Of a stretch of DNA of 14,060 nucleotides, positions 7,943 to 14,060 are shown piece by piece (position 1 is the stretch's first letter; each line of letters starts with the position of its first letter). Under the pieces are notes generated by a model. It saw only the letters and a program-made list of their open reading frames with translations, searched no databases and was not told where the DNA came from. The stretch comes from Planctomycetota bacterium (GTDB lineage: Bacteria > Planctomycetota > Phycisphaerae > Phycisphaerales > UBA1924): the NCBI GenBank assembly GCA_017303565.1, contig JAFLCM010000014.1, positions 1,839 to 15,898 on the forward strand. The letters are read 5' to 3'. The position numbers and the translations under genes are program-made.

Positions 7943-8227
7943 TTGGGAACCGCCAAGTCCATCGCGACCATCAAGAACCGGCTGGGCCTTCACGCCCGCC
8001 CGGCGATGGCGTTCGTCGACCTCGCCTCCACCTTCGCCAGCGAAGTGACGGTCCGCCGCACCGACGACAGCCCGGGCGACCCCGTCGACGGCAAGTCGAT
8101 CATGATGATGATGATGCTCGCCGCCACCCAGGGCACCGAGCTCGAGATCACCGCCGCCGGCGACGACGCCGACAAGGCCGCCGAGGAGCTGAAGAAACTG
8201 GTGGATTCCGGCTTCGACGAAGAGTGA
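7943..8227 (+). CDS. ptsH: HPr-family phosphocarrier protein (HPr/NPr)
   Basis: The 94-aa product has the His-15 signature KNRLGLHARPA and a conserved C-terminal GxELEI..AxGxDA pattern. The frame only offers a TTG start at 7943 (stop TGA of ptsN at 7928-7930 is in the same frame 12 nt upstream), suggesting translational coupling. It contains an (ATG)5 run at 8101-8115. Confidence 0.8.
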   Translation: MGTAKSIATIKNRLGLHARPAMAFVDLASTFASEVTVRRTDDSPGDPVDGKSIMMMMMLAATQGTELEITAAGDDADKAAEELKKLVDSGFDEE

Positions 8228-8252
8228 GCGGCGCCGCCGGGTGTCAAGAACC

Positions 8253-9446
8253 TCAGCGCAGCGCCGCCGCCACCTTGCTCAGCGCCTCGCACACCTGCGA
8301 AACCTGCCTGTCCGTCAACCCCTGGTGCACCGGGATGCAGAACAGCGTCTCGGCCAGGCGGTCCGCCACCGGCGGGAAGTCCTTCACCAGTTTCTCGAAC
8401 GCGGGCTGGCGCGTCACCGGACGCGGGTAGTGGATCGCGGTCGCCACGCCCTCGGCGTTGAGCGCCTTGGCGAAGAGATCGCGCACCGACGAGCCGTCGC
8501 CGGGCTTGGCGAACGCCGCCGGGTCAACCCGCCCCGGGTACAAGTGATAGATGCCCACCGCGCCCGGGGTCTCGGTCGGAGCGGACAGGCCGTCGATCTG
8601 GGCGATCGCCCGGTCGAACGCCGCCGCGTTCGCCCGGCGCCTGGCGTTGTTCGCCGGCAGACGCTGCAACTGGCTCAGACCCAGCGCGCCCTCCATGTCC
8701 GTCATCCGGTAGTTGTAGCCCACGCGACCGTGGATGTACTTCTGCGTCTCGCCGTGCGAGCGGAGCAGGCGGATGTCCTTCGCCAGGTTCTCGTCGTTGG
8801 TGGAGATGAACCCGCCCTCTCCGGTGGTCATGTTCTTCGTCGCGTAAAGCGAGTAGGTGACGGCGTCGCCGAACTCGCCCAGCCCCCGCCCCTTGTACGT
8901 CGCCAGGTGCGCCTGCGCCGCGTCGTAGATCACCTTCAGGCCCTTGTCCTTCGCCAGCGCCTGCACGCCGTCGATGTCGGCGGGGTTGCCGTAGAGGTGC
9001 GTGCACGCCAGCGCGGTGGTCTTGGGGGTGATCCGGCGCCGGGCGTCGGCCGGGTCGATGTTGTACGTCGCGGGGTCCACGTCGCAAAAGATGGGGACGC
9101 CGCCGCGGGCCACCACCATGCTCACCGTCGCCACGTACGTCCACGCGGGCACCAGCACGTGATCCCCCGGCTGGAACAGGGGCTCATACGCCAACTGCAG
9201 GGCGCACGTGCCGTTCGCGCACGTCATCATGTGCTTCGCGCCGGTCATCTTGCCGAACGCCTCCTCCAGCGCCAGGCAGTTCTTGCCCTGCGCCAGCATC
9301 CCCGAGCGCATCACCCCCACCACCGCGTTGATGTCGTCCTCGGTGATCTGCACGGACACCGGCGGGATCGGCTTCTCGCACACCGGCGTACCCCCGTTCA
9401 GGGCGAGACTCTTGAGCGCGGGCGAAGCGGCGAGCGTCGTGGACAT
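8253..9446 (-). CDS. DegT/DnrJ/EryC1/StrS-family PLP-dependent sugar aminotransferase
   Basis: The family pattern runs the full length, including YSLYATKNMTTGEGG (PLP-Lys region), GRVGYNYRMTDMEGALGLSQLQRL, and C-terminal IPVHQGLTDRQVSQV. The ATG at 9446 is preceded by GGAG (minus strand) at about -11. The stop is TGA at 8253-8255. Confidence 0.85.
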   Translation of the reverse strand: MSTTLAASPALKSLALNGGTPVCEKPIPPVSVQITEDDINAVVGVMRSGMLAQGKNCLALEEAFGKMTGAKHMMTCANGTCALQLAYEPLFQPGDHVLVPAWTYVATVSMVVARGGVPIFCDVDPATYNIDPADARRRITPKTTALACTHLYGNPADIDGVQALAKDKGLKVIYDAAQAHLATYKGRGLGEFGDAVTYSLYATKNMTTGEGGFISTNDENLAKDIRLLRSHGETQKYIHGRVGYNYRMTDMEGALGLSQLQRLPANNARRRANAAAFDRAIAQIDGLSAPTETPGAVGIYHLYPGRVDPAAFAKPGDGSSVRDLFAKALNAEGVATAIHYPRPVTRQPAFEKLVKDFPPVADRLAETLFCIPVHQGLTDRQVSQVCEALSKVAAALR

Positions 9447-9604
9447 CGAAGGTGCTCCGGGTGCAGAGGTGAGTGGCGAAATGGTAGCGGCCGCCCACTC
9501 CCGGCTCAAGACTGTCGGCTTTCGGCCCCCGAATCCTTCGAATCTGCGGCGTTCCTGCCCGACCGCCGAACCGCGGCAGCCCATCCCCCAACCCGCGCAA
9601 TGAA

Positions 9605-9630
9605 AAAGCCCGCGAACAGGGCGGGCAGGT
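9605..9630 (-). terminator. Rho-independent terminator downstream of the histone-like gene
   Basis: On the minus strand the transcript reads gcccgcccUGUUCgcgggcUUUUUC, a GC-rich 6-7 bp stem followed by a U5 tract (plus strand aaaaagcccgcgaacagggcgggc). It lies about 70 nt after the TAG stop at 9700. Confidence 0.7.
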
Positions 9631-9669
9631 GACGAAACGCGCGGTACCGAACTTCCAGCAACGAGACCC

Positions 9670-9696
9670 GTCAGCGATCGGAGCGGCCGCTGACGA
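9670..9696 (-). other. Perfect 8-bp inverted repeat (cgtcagcg-N11-cgctgacg) immediately after the stop codon of the histone-like gene
   Basis: I verified by eye that the arms are exact reverse complements. It has no U-tract, so it is likely a 3'-UTR stem-loop (stabiliser or protein-binding site) rather than the terminator. Confidence 0.5.
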
Positions 9697-9699
9697 AGC

Positions 9700-9939
9700 C
9701 TACTTCTTCGACGCCTTCTTCTTGGTCTTCTTCGCCGCCTTCTTCGCGCCCTTCTTGGCGGTCTTCTTGCCCGCCTTCTTGGCCTTCTTCTTCGCGCCCT
9801 TCTCCGCCTTGCTCCCGCGCTTGATGTCCATCGCGTGAGCCTTGGCGTAGGACTGGATGTCCTCGAACGTCCCGTCCGCGTTCCGCACCGCGTACAACTT
9901 CTTGCCCGCGCTGCTCCGCATCACCGTGCGTTTGGCCAT
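9700..9939 (-). CDS. Small basic histone H1-like / Lys-Ala-rich nucleoid-associated DNA-binding protein
   Basis: The 79-aa product has a ~45-aa N-terminal globular part (MAKRTVMRSSAGKKLYAVRNADGTFEDIQSYAKAHAMDIKR). It is followed by a KAEKGAKKKAKKAGKKTAKKGAKKAAKKTKKKASKK tail like eukaryotic H1 C-terminal tails and chlamydial Hc1/Bordetella BpH1. The ATG at 9937-9939 is preceded by a GGAGGA RBS on the minus strand. The stop is TAG at 9700-9702, and a strong terminator follows. Confidence 0.8.
   Translation of the reverse strand: MAKRTVMRSSAGKKLYAVRNADGTFEDIQSYAKAHAMDIKRGSKAEKGAKKKAKKAGKKTAKKGAKKAAKKTKKKASKK
9703..9830 (-). repeat. Low-complexity lysine/alanine codon repeat region (AAG/GCC-rich imperfect direct repeats) encoding the H1-like tail
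   Basis: The plus strand shows reiterated cttcttggc / cttcttcgc units (e.g. 9706-9830), which translate to (A/G/T)KK repeats. Confidence 0.6.
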
Positions 9940-9956
9940 GTCCGTATCCTCCGGTC

Positions 9957-9974
9957 CCGGTTCATCCGAACCGG
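9957..9974. promoter_or_regulatory. Perfect 7-bp inverted repeat CCGGTTC-atcc-GAACCGG in the 5' leader / divergent promoter region between the histone-like gene and the aldo/keto reductase gene
   Basis: I verified base by base that the arms at 9957-9963 and 9968-9974 are exact reverse complements. It sits ~5 nt upstream of the histone-like gene's RBS. It could be an operator or a leader hairpin. Confidence 0.4.
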
Positions 9975-10086
9975 ACTCTTCAGGCCCGAGCGGGGGCCCC
10001 GCCGATCACGCCCCGCGGCGCAACGTGCGCACTCTACCGCGCGCCGCCCGCCACACAACCCGCTTCACTCGAATCTCGAAGAGCCC

Positions 10087-10884
10087 ATGCGCACCCGACC
10101 CCTCGCCAACACGCAACTCCACGCGAGCGTGCTCGCGCTCGGCACCGTCAAACTCGGACGCAACCACGGCCTGAAGTACGCCGAGGGTTTCCCCCTCCCC
10201 ACCGACGACGAGGCCCTCGCGCTGCTCCGCGCCGCCTCCGACCTCGGCATCAACCTCATCGACACCGCGCCGGCCTACGGCGTCTCCGAATCTCGCCTGG
10301 GCGAACTGCTCCCTCGCGTCGCGCCCCGCGACCGCTGGATCCTCTGCACCAAGGCCGGCGAGTCCTTCGAGAACGGCGCCTCAACCTTCGACTTCTCCCC
10401 CGCCGCGATCACCGCCAGCGTCGAGCGCAGCCTCCAACGCCTCCGCACCGATCGCCTCGAACTGGTGCTCATCCACTCGAACGGCGACGACGCCCACGCC
10501 CTCGACGCCGCCGGGCCCGCCCTCGAATCCCTGAAATCGCGAGGCCTCATTCGCGCCTGGGGCATCAGCACCAAGACGCCCGAGGGCGCCCTCCGCGCCG
10601 CCAACGAGTGCGACGCCGTCATGCTCACCATCAACGCGGGCCACCCGCACGACCTCCCCGCCGCAAGCACCGCTGGAAAACGCGGTGCCGCGGTGCTCGT
10701 CAAGAAAGCCCTCGCCAGCGGCAGCGCCTCCGCGACGCGCTCAGCCGCCGCCCTCACGGACGCCCTTCGCCTCGCACTCACCGCCGACGGTGTGACCTCC
10801 GTCGTCGTCGGCACGATCAACCCCGACCACCTCCGCGCCAACGCCGCCGCCGCCGAAGAAACGCTGCGCGACCGCGGCAACTGA
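10087..10884 (+). CDS. Aldo/keto reductase family oxidoreductase
   Basis: AKR family signatures are present (GINLIDTAPAYG, ELVLIHS). The ATG at 10087 is in frame with track ORF 9835..10884, and the upstream part of the track ORF is Arg/Pro-rich non-coding-looking sequence. The stop is TGA at 10882-10884. Confidence 0.8.
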   Translation: MRTRPLANTQLHASVLALGTVKLGRNHGLKYAEGFPLPTDDEALALLRAASDLGINLIDTAPAYGVSESRLGELLPRVAPRDRWILCTKAGESFENGASTFDFSPAAITASVERSLQRLRTDRLELVLIHSNGDDAHALDAAGPALESLKSRGLIRAWGISTKTPEGALRAANECDAVMLTINAGHPHDLPAASTAGKRGAAVLVKKALASGSASATRSAAALTDALRLALTADGVTSVVVGTINPDHLRANAAAAEETLRDRGN

Positions 10885-10894
10885 AAGGACCTCC

Positions 10895-11398
10895 ATGAAT
10901 CCGGCCCCCAGCCTCACCCTCGCCACCCTCGCCGCCTGCCTCGCGTCTTGCGCGTCGTCGCCCGACATGCACGCGAACCCCGATCGGCCCGCGAAGCCGG
11001 ACCAACCCGAGCTCCAACCCACCGCCCGCGCCACCATGAACGACCTCGCCGGCAACTGGACGCTGGCGACCATCCACAGCGCCCCCGCCCCAGCCTTCCC
11101 CGGCGACCCCGACCCAGTCGGCTTCTCTATCGCCCCCGACGGCGCGCTCTCCGGCTACACCGGCGTCAACCGCATGAGCGGAAGACTCGACCCCGCCGCC
11201 GTCCCCTCTGGCGGCTTCCGCGTCGGCCCGATCGCCACCACCCGGCGCGCCGGCCCGCCCGAGCGCATGAAACTGGAAGCGGACTTCACCGCCGCCCTCG
11301 ACCTCGCCGCCCGCTTCACCCTCTCGGGCGACACGCTCTCGCTTTTCAAGGAATCACCCGACGGCGCCCCGCTGCTGGTGCTCACGCGTCCGCGATAG
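10895..11398 (+). CDS. META-domain (HslJ-like, DUF306) lipoprotein
   Basis: It has a signal peptide with lipobox (MNPAPSLTLATLAACLASC). The META-domain pattern follows (GNWTL...GFSIAPDGALSGYTGVNRMSG...FRVGPIATTRRAG...MKLEADFTAALDLAARFTLSGDTLSL). AAGGA lies 8 nt upstream of the ATG at 10895. The gene is 10 nt downstream of the AKR stop and is likely co-transcribed with it. Confidence 0.8.
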   Translation: MNPAPSLTLATLAACLASCASSPDMHANPDRPAKPDQPELQPTARATMNDLAGNWTLATIHSAPAPAFPGDPDPVGFSIAPDGALSGYTGVNRMSGRLDPAAVPSGGFRVGPIATTRRAGPPERMKLEADFTAALDLAARFTLSGDTLSLFKESPDGAPLLVLTRPR

Positions 11399-11416
11399 CG
11401 CGAACGCCACGCCCGC

Positions 11417-12808
11417 TCAGGCCAGCCGCCGATCCTCGAACCCCTTGAGCATCGCCGCACGCAGCCCCGCCGCCTCGTCCTGCCCGCCCGGGTCCGCCGC
11501 CGCGGGCGCCAAGCGCATCGTCGCTTCGGCGACCTCTCGCAGCAGGATCGACTCCGGCGGGCGCGCCAGCGCCAGCCCGTCGTCGTCGTTGCCCTTCACC
11601 ACTCGGTGCACCAGCCCGGTCTCGACGAGTTTCCCCATCACCTGCTGCACCAAGACCTCCGGCAGCCGCGCCCGCCGCGCCAGGTCGTCCGTGTCCACAG
11701 ACTTCCCGTCGCGGAACGCCGCCGCCAGGTGCCGCATCAGCACCACCCCCGCGGTCGGATCAACCGCGCTGATCTTCCTCGCCTCCGCCGACTCACGCTC
11801 GCGGAGCTTCGACTCCCCCACCGTCTGGATGGTCCACGCGACCTCCAGCCCGAACAGGACCACCAGCCAGATGCAGTAGACCCAGAACAGCGCGATCGGG
11901 ATCAGCGCCAGCGACCCGTAGACCTCCAGCTGCCCACCGGCGGTCTTCCGCACGAACAGCACCAGCAGCCACTTGCCCACTTCCCACAGCGCCGCCGCCA
12001 CCAGCGCCCCGAACGCCGCCGGACGCAGCCGCACCCGCGTGTTGGGCATCCGCGTGTACGCGAAGAGCAGGAGCAGCCACACCACCGCCACGTTCCCGAG
12101 GGACTGCATCGGCCCCGTCGCCCAAGACGCCCAACCGGGCAGCGCCGAGGTGGCGTCGATCCAAACGCGCGTGATCGCCACCGACGCGATCACCCCCACC
12201 GAGCCCAGCGTCAGCAGCGTCCAGTACGTCGTCAGCCGCGTGATCCACCGCCGCCCCCGCGCCGCCTGGCACACCGTGTTGAACGATTCCTCAATCTGCA
12301 CGAACAGGATCAGCGCCGCGTAGATGAACACCATCACGCTGATCGCCGTGATCGCCCCGTAGTTCAGCGTGGTCATCCGCGTCACCGCGTTGTCCACCCA
12401 CTGCTGTACCAACTGCGTCACCACCACCTGCGTCTGCTCGCTCGTGACCGCCCCGGTCGAGGTCTGCGAGGCCGCCTCCGCCAGCGTCACCGCGTTCAAC
12501 TCGTTGATCCCGGTGAAGTCCATCAGTTTCTCGACGGCCCGCCGGATTCCCTCCACACCGTAGAAACTCCGCGCGACCACCAGCGCCAGAACCATCACCG
12601 GCACCGCCGAGAACAGCGTGCGGTACGCCAGCGCCGCCGCCATCAGGGGCGCGTTGTCCCGCACCAACTGCCGCCCCCCGTGCCGCGACAGGTCGTACAG
12701 GAACACCACGAACCGCTGCAGGCGGTCCAGCTCCTGCTCCGGGTGCGTGATCCCCTGCCCCAGCCGCTGCACCAGCGCCCGGATTCGTCCGATCGCGCGG
12801 GCTACCAC
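11417..12808 (-). CDS. YihY/BrkB ('ribonuclease BN-like') family polytopic membrane protein with a C-terminal winged-helix-like extension
   Basis: The hallmark N-terminal LAAALAYRTLFSAVP... is present, followed by six hydrophobic helices. A C-terminal ~100-aa soluble domain (RRARLPEVLVQQVMGKLVETGLVHRV) resembles wHTH. The GTG start at 12808 overlaps the TAG stop (12802-12804) of the upstream rluB-like gene by 7 nt. An alternative internal ATG is at aa 56. The stop is TGA at 11417-11419. Confidence 0.75.
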   Translation of the reverse strand: MVARAIGRIRALVQRLGQGITHPEQELDRLQRFVVFLYDLSRHGGRQLVRDNAPLMAAALAYRTLFSAVPVMVLALVVARSFYGVEGIRRAVEKLMDFTGINELNAVTLAEAASQTSTGAVTSEQTQVVVTQLVQQWVDNAVTRMTTLNYGAITAISVMVFIYAALILFVQIEESFNTVCQAARGRRWITRLTTYWTLLTLGSVGVIASVAITRVWIDATSALPGWASWATGPMQSLGNVAVVWLLLLFAYTRMPNTRVRLRPAAFGALVAAALWEVGKWLLVLFVRKTAGGQLEVYGSLALIPIALFWVYCIWLVVLFGLEVAWTIQTVGESKLRERESAEARKISAVDPTAGVVLMRHLAAAFRDGKSVDTDDLARRARLPEVLVQQVMGKLVETGLVHRVVKGNDDDGLALARPPESILLREVAEATMRLAPAAADPGGQDEAAGLRAAMLKGFEDRRLA

Positions 12809-13758
12809 ACGCCCCCCTCGTCGAACTCGTCCATGCCAACCTCAGCCCCGCGCGCCTCAGCCCCCAGTGCGCCGGCCTCGCCCGGCATGATCACGTTGTA
12901 ACCGTCGGCATCGATCGTCGCCGCCCCAGCCTTCGCGCCCTTTGGCTTGCCCTTCTTGCCCGTCGCCGAGGCCCGCACCAGCCCCGCCGCCTCGCGCAGC
13001 GCCCGCAGTTCATCCCGCGTCAGTTCACGCCACTGCCCCAGCGCCACCCCGCGCAGCCGGATCGGCCCCATCCGGATCCGCACCAGTTTCTTCACAAGGC
13101 AGCCGACGCTCGCCAGCATCCGCCGCACCTGCCGGTTCCGTCCCTCGCTCAGCGTGATGTCGATGACCGAGCGGTCCTTCTCAGACCTAACCAGTTCCAG
13201 CCGCGCCCCGCCCGTCCGCTCCGCGCCGACCGTTCGCCCTTCCTTTCGCTCCGCCAGAAAGATGCCCCGCTCGAGCTGGGCCACCGCCTCCGCCGTCAGG
13301 TTCCCGCGCACCAGGGCCCGGTACGTCTTATGAACCCCATAGCGCGGGTGCGTCAGCCGGTTCGCCAGTTCGCCGTCGTTGGTGAGCAGCAAAAGCCCCA
13401 TCGTGTCGTAGTCGAGCCTGCCCACCGGGTACAGCCTCGCCCCGGACGGGTGCTGCACCACGTCCGACACCGTGCGCCTCCCGTCCGGATCGCTGAGCGT
13501 GCTCACCGTGTTCCGCGGCTTGTAGAGCATCACGTACACGTGCCGTTCCGGCTTCGGCAGAACGTGCCCCGCGACCTCGACCTCGTCCTCCTGCGGGTCC
13601 ACCCACGCCGGCAGCCGGTTCACCACGTGCCCGTTCACACGCACCCGCCCCTGTTCGATCAGGTCCTCGCACAGCCGCCGCGAGCCGATCCCCGCCGCCG
13701 CCATCACCTTCTGAAGCCGGATCCCCGGCCCCGCGTCCTCGCTCGGCTCGATCAGCAC
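12802..13758 (-). CDS. rluB: RluB/RsuA-family 23S rRNA pseudouridine synthase (S4 domain plus PseudoU_synth_2), probably 5'-partial
   Basis: It has the S4 RNA-binding start (RLQKVMAAAGIGSRR, like E. coli RluB EKLQKVLARAGHGSRR). The catalytic region contains the conserved Asp (YPVGRLDYDTMGLLLLTNDGELANRLTHPRYGVHKTY). The C-terminal tail is basic (KKGKPKGAKAG). The first in-frame start is GTG at 13758. By manual translation the frame has no stop from 13759 to the window end (14058) and encodes an Arg/Gly/Ser-rich low-complexity extension. The true N-terminus may therefore lie beyond the window. Confidence 0.8.
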   Translation of the reverse strand: MLIEPSEDAGPGIRLQKVMAAAGIGSRRLCEDLIEQGRVRVNGHVVNRLPAWVDPQEDEVEVAGHVLPKPERHVYVMLYKPRNTVSTLSDPDGRRTVSDVVQHPSGARLYPVGRLDYDTMGLLLLTNDGELANRLTHPRYGVHKTYRALVRGNLTAEAVAQLERGIFLAERKEGRTVGAERTGGARLELVRSEKDRSVIDITLSEGRNRQVRRMLASVGCLVKKLVRIRMGPIRLRGVALGQWRELTRDELRALREAAGLVRASATGKKGKPKGAKAGAATIDADGYNVIMPGEAGALGAEARGAEVGMDEFDEGGVW

Positions 13759-13996
13759 CGCCCCCGCCGCAGCAGCCGCCGTCGGCCGCCGCGGCTTGGT
13801 GCCGGGCTTCCGGGCATCCCGCTTGATGCCCCCGGAGGACGAACTCTTGATGAACGAACGCTGCGTATTCGGACGCCGCGGCCGCGTCTTCCCCGTCGGC
13901 GTCTCCCGCTCCGATTGAGGCCGCGCCGCCCCCCGATCTCCCCGCGCCCTCGGACTCCGCCCCGCCGAAACCCGCGCCTTCGGACGGCTCGCAGAC

Positions 13997-14035
13997 GACC
14001 CACGCGATCCCGACCCACGCGATCCCGACCCACGC
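13997..14035. repeat. Tandem 15-bp direct repeat (gacccacgcgatccc x2.6)
   Basis: Copies lie at 13997-14011, 14012-14026 and a partial copy at 14027-14035. In the rluB frame (minus strand) it encodes an RGSGS-type repeat in the possible N-terminal extension. Confidence 0.7.
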
Positions 14036-14060
14036 CCGCCCCGCTCGCCCGCCGCCGCTC

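Noticed and set aside
9700-9830. Short reiterated units (cttcttggc/cttcttcgc) that could be mistaken for a CRISPR-like or tandem repeat array
   Set aside because: They are in-frame codon repeats encoding the Lys/Ala tail of the H1-like protein. There are no spacers of uniform length and no conserved longer repeat unit.
9957-9974. The CCGGTTC-atcc-GAACCGG palindrome as a possible tRNA T-arm fragment
   Set aside because: It is a 7-bp stem with a 4-nt loop and has no flanking acceptor, D or anticodon arms. I interpret it as a regulatory palindrome or leader hairpin instead.
244-12901. Many long ORFs in the six-frame track overlap the real genes on the opposite strand or in other frames. These include 244..1656(+), 1605..3539(+), 2377..3624(-), 3536..4576(+), 3939..5069(-), 5470..6987(+), 6158..7798(-), 8241..9632(+), 8524..9144(-), 10275..10880(-), 11606..12901(+) and 12291..12839(-).
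   Set aside because: Their translations are Arg/Pro/Gly/His-rich low-complexity junk with no recognisable domains. Each is the antisense or off-frame shadow of a gene with clear family signatures. Long stop-free shadow frames are expected at ~70% GC.
1-14060. Search for mobile elements, integrases, tRNA genes, and defence or toxin-antitoxin modules
   Set aside because: There are no transposase or integrase-like ORFs, no terminal inverted repeats flanking a block, and no tRNA-like T-loop/acceptor structures in the few intergenic regions long enough (1543-1868, 6823-7096, 9447-9699, 9940-10086). No nuclease, ATPase or TIR-type defence domains were recognised. The region looks like core chromosome.

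Overview
This is a high-GC (~68-70%) chromosomal segment that is densely coding, with 15 genes I can support and no rRNA, tRNA, CRISPR array, IS element or integrase. Protein features (lysine/alanine-rich histone H1-like protein, Ser/Thr kinase with a T2SSE_N-like domain, META lipoprotein, weak or absent Shine-Dalgarno sequences) suggest a Planctomycetota/PVC-like or similar GC-rich organism. Gene order on the window is: a tail-anchored Ser/Thr kinase (-), a FloT/YqiK-type flotillin (-), a divergent cNMP-binding/DUF1003 membrane protein (+), a VOC/glyoxalase (+), a DCC(CxxC)-HTTM fusion membrane protein (-), hpf-ptsN-ptsH/npr (+), an orphan DegT-family aminotransferase (-), a small histone H1-like protein (-) with a clear intrinsic terminator, an aldo/keto reductase (+), a META/HslJ-like lipoprotein (+), a YihY/BrkB-family protein (-), and an RluB-like pseudouridine synthase (-) whose reading frame stays open to the window edge. 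Most other ORFs in the six-frame track are long antisense 'shadow' ORFs typical of high-GC DNA. I see no canonical defence or mobile system. The most plausible candidates for something undescribed are (i) the flotillin plus tail-anchored eSTK operon with an adjacent cNMP-gated DUF1003 protein (a possible membrane-microdomain signalling module; the cNMP-DUF1003 architecture loosely resembles Pycsar/CBASS-type effectors but no cyclase is present), and (ii) the DCC-HTTM fusion (thiol oxidoreductase fused to a vitamin-K-carboxylase-like membrane domain). Some start codons are uncertain, and the six-frame track translates TTG/GTG as M, so I re-derived starts from the sequence.
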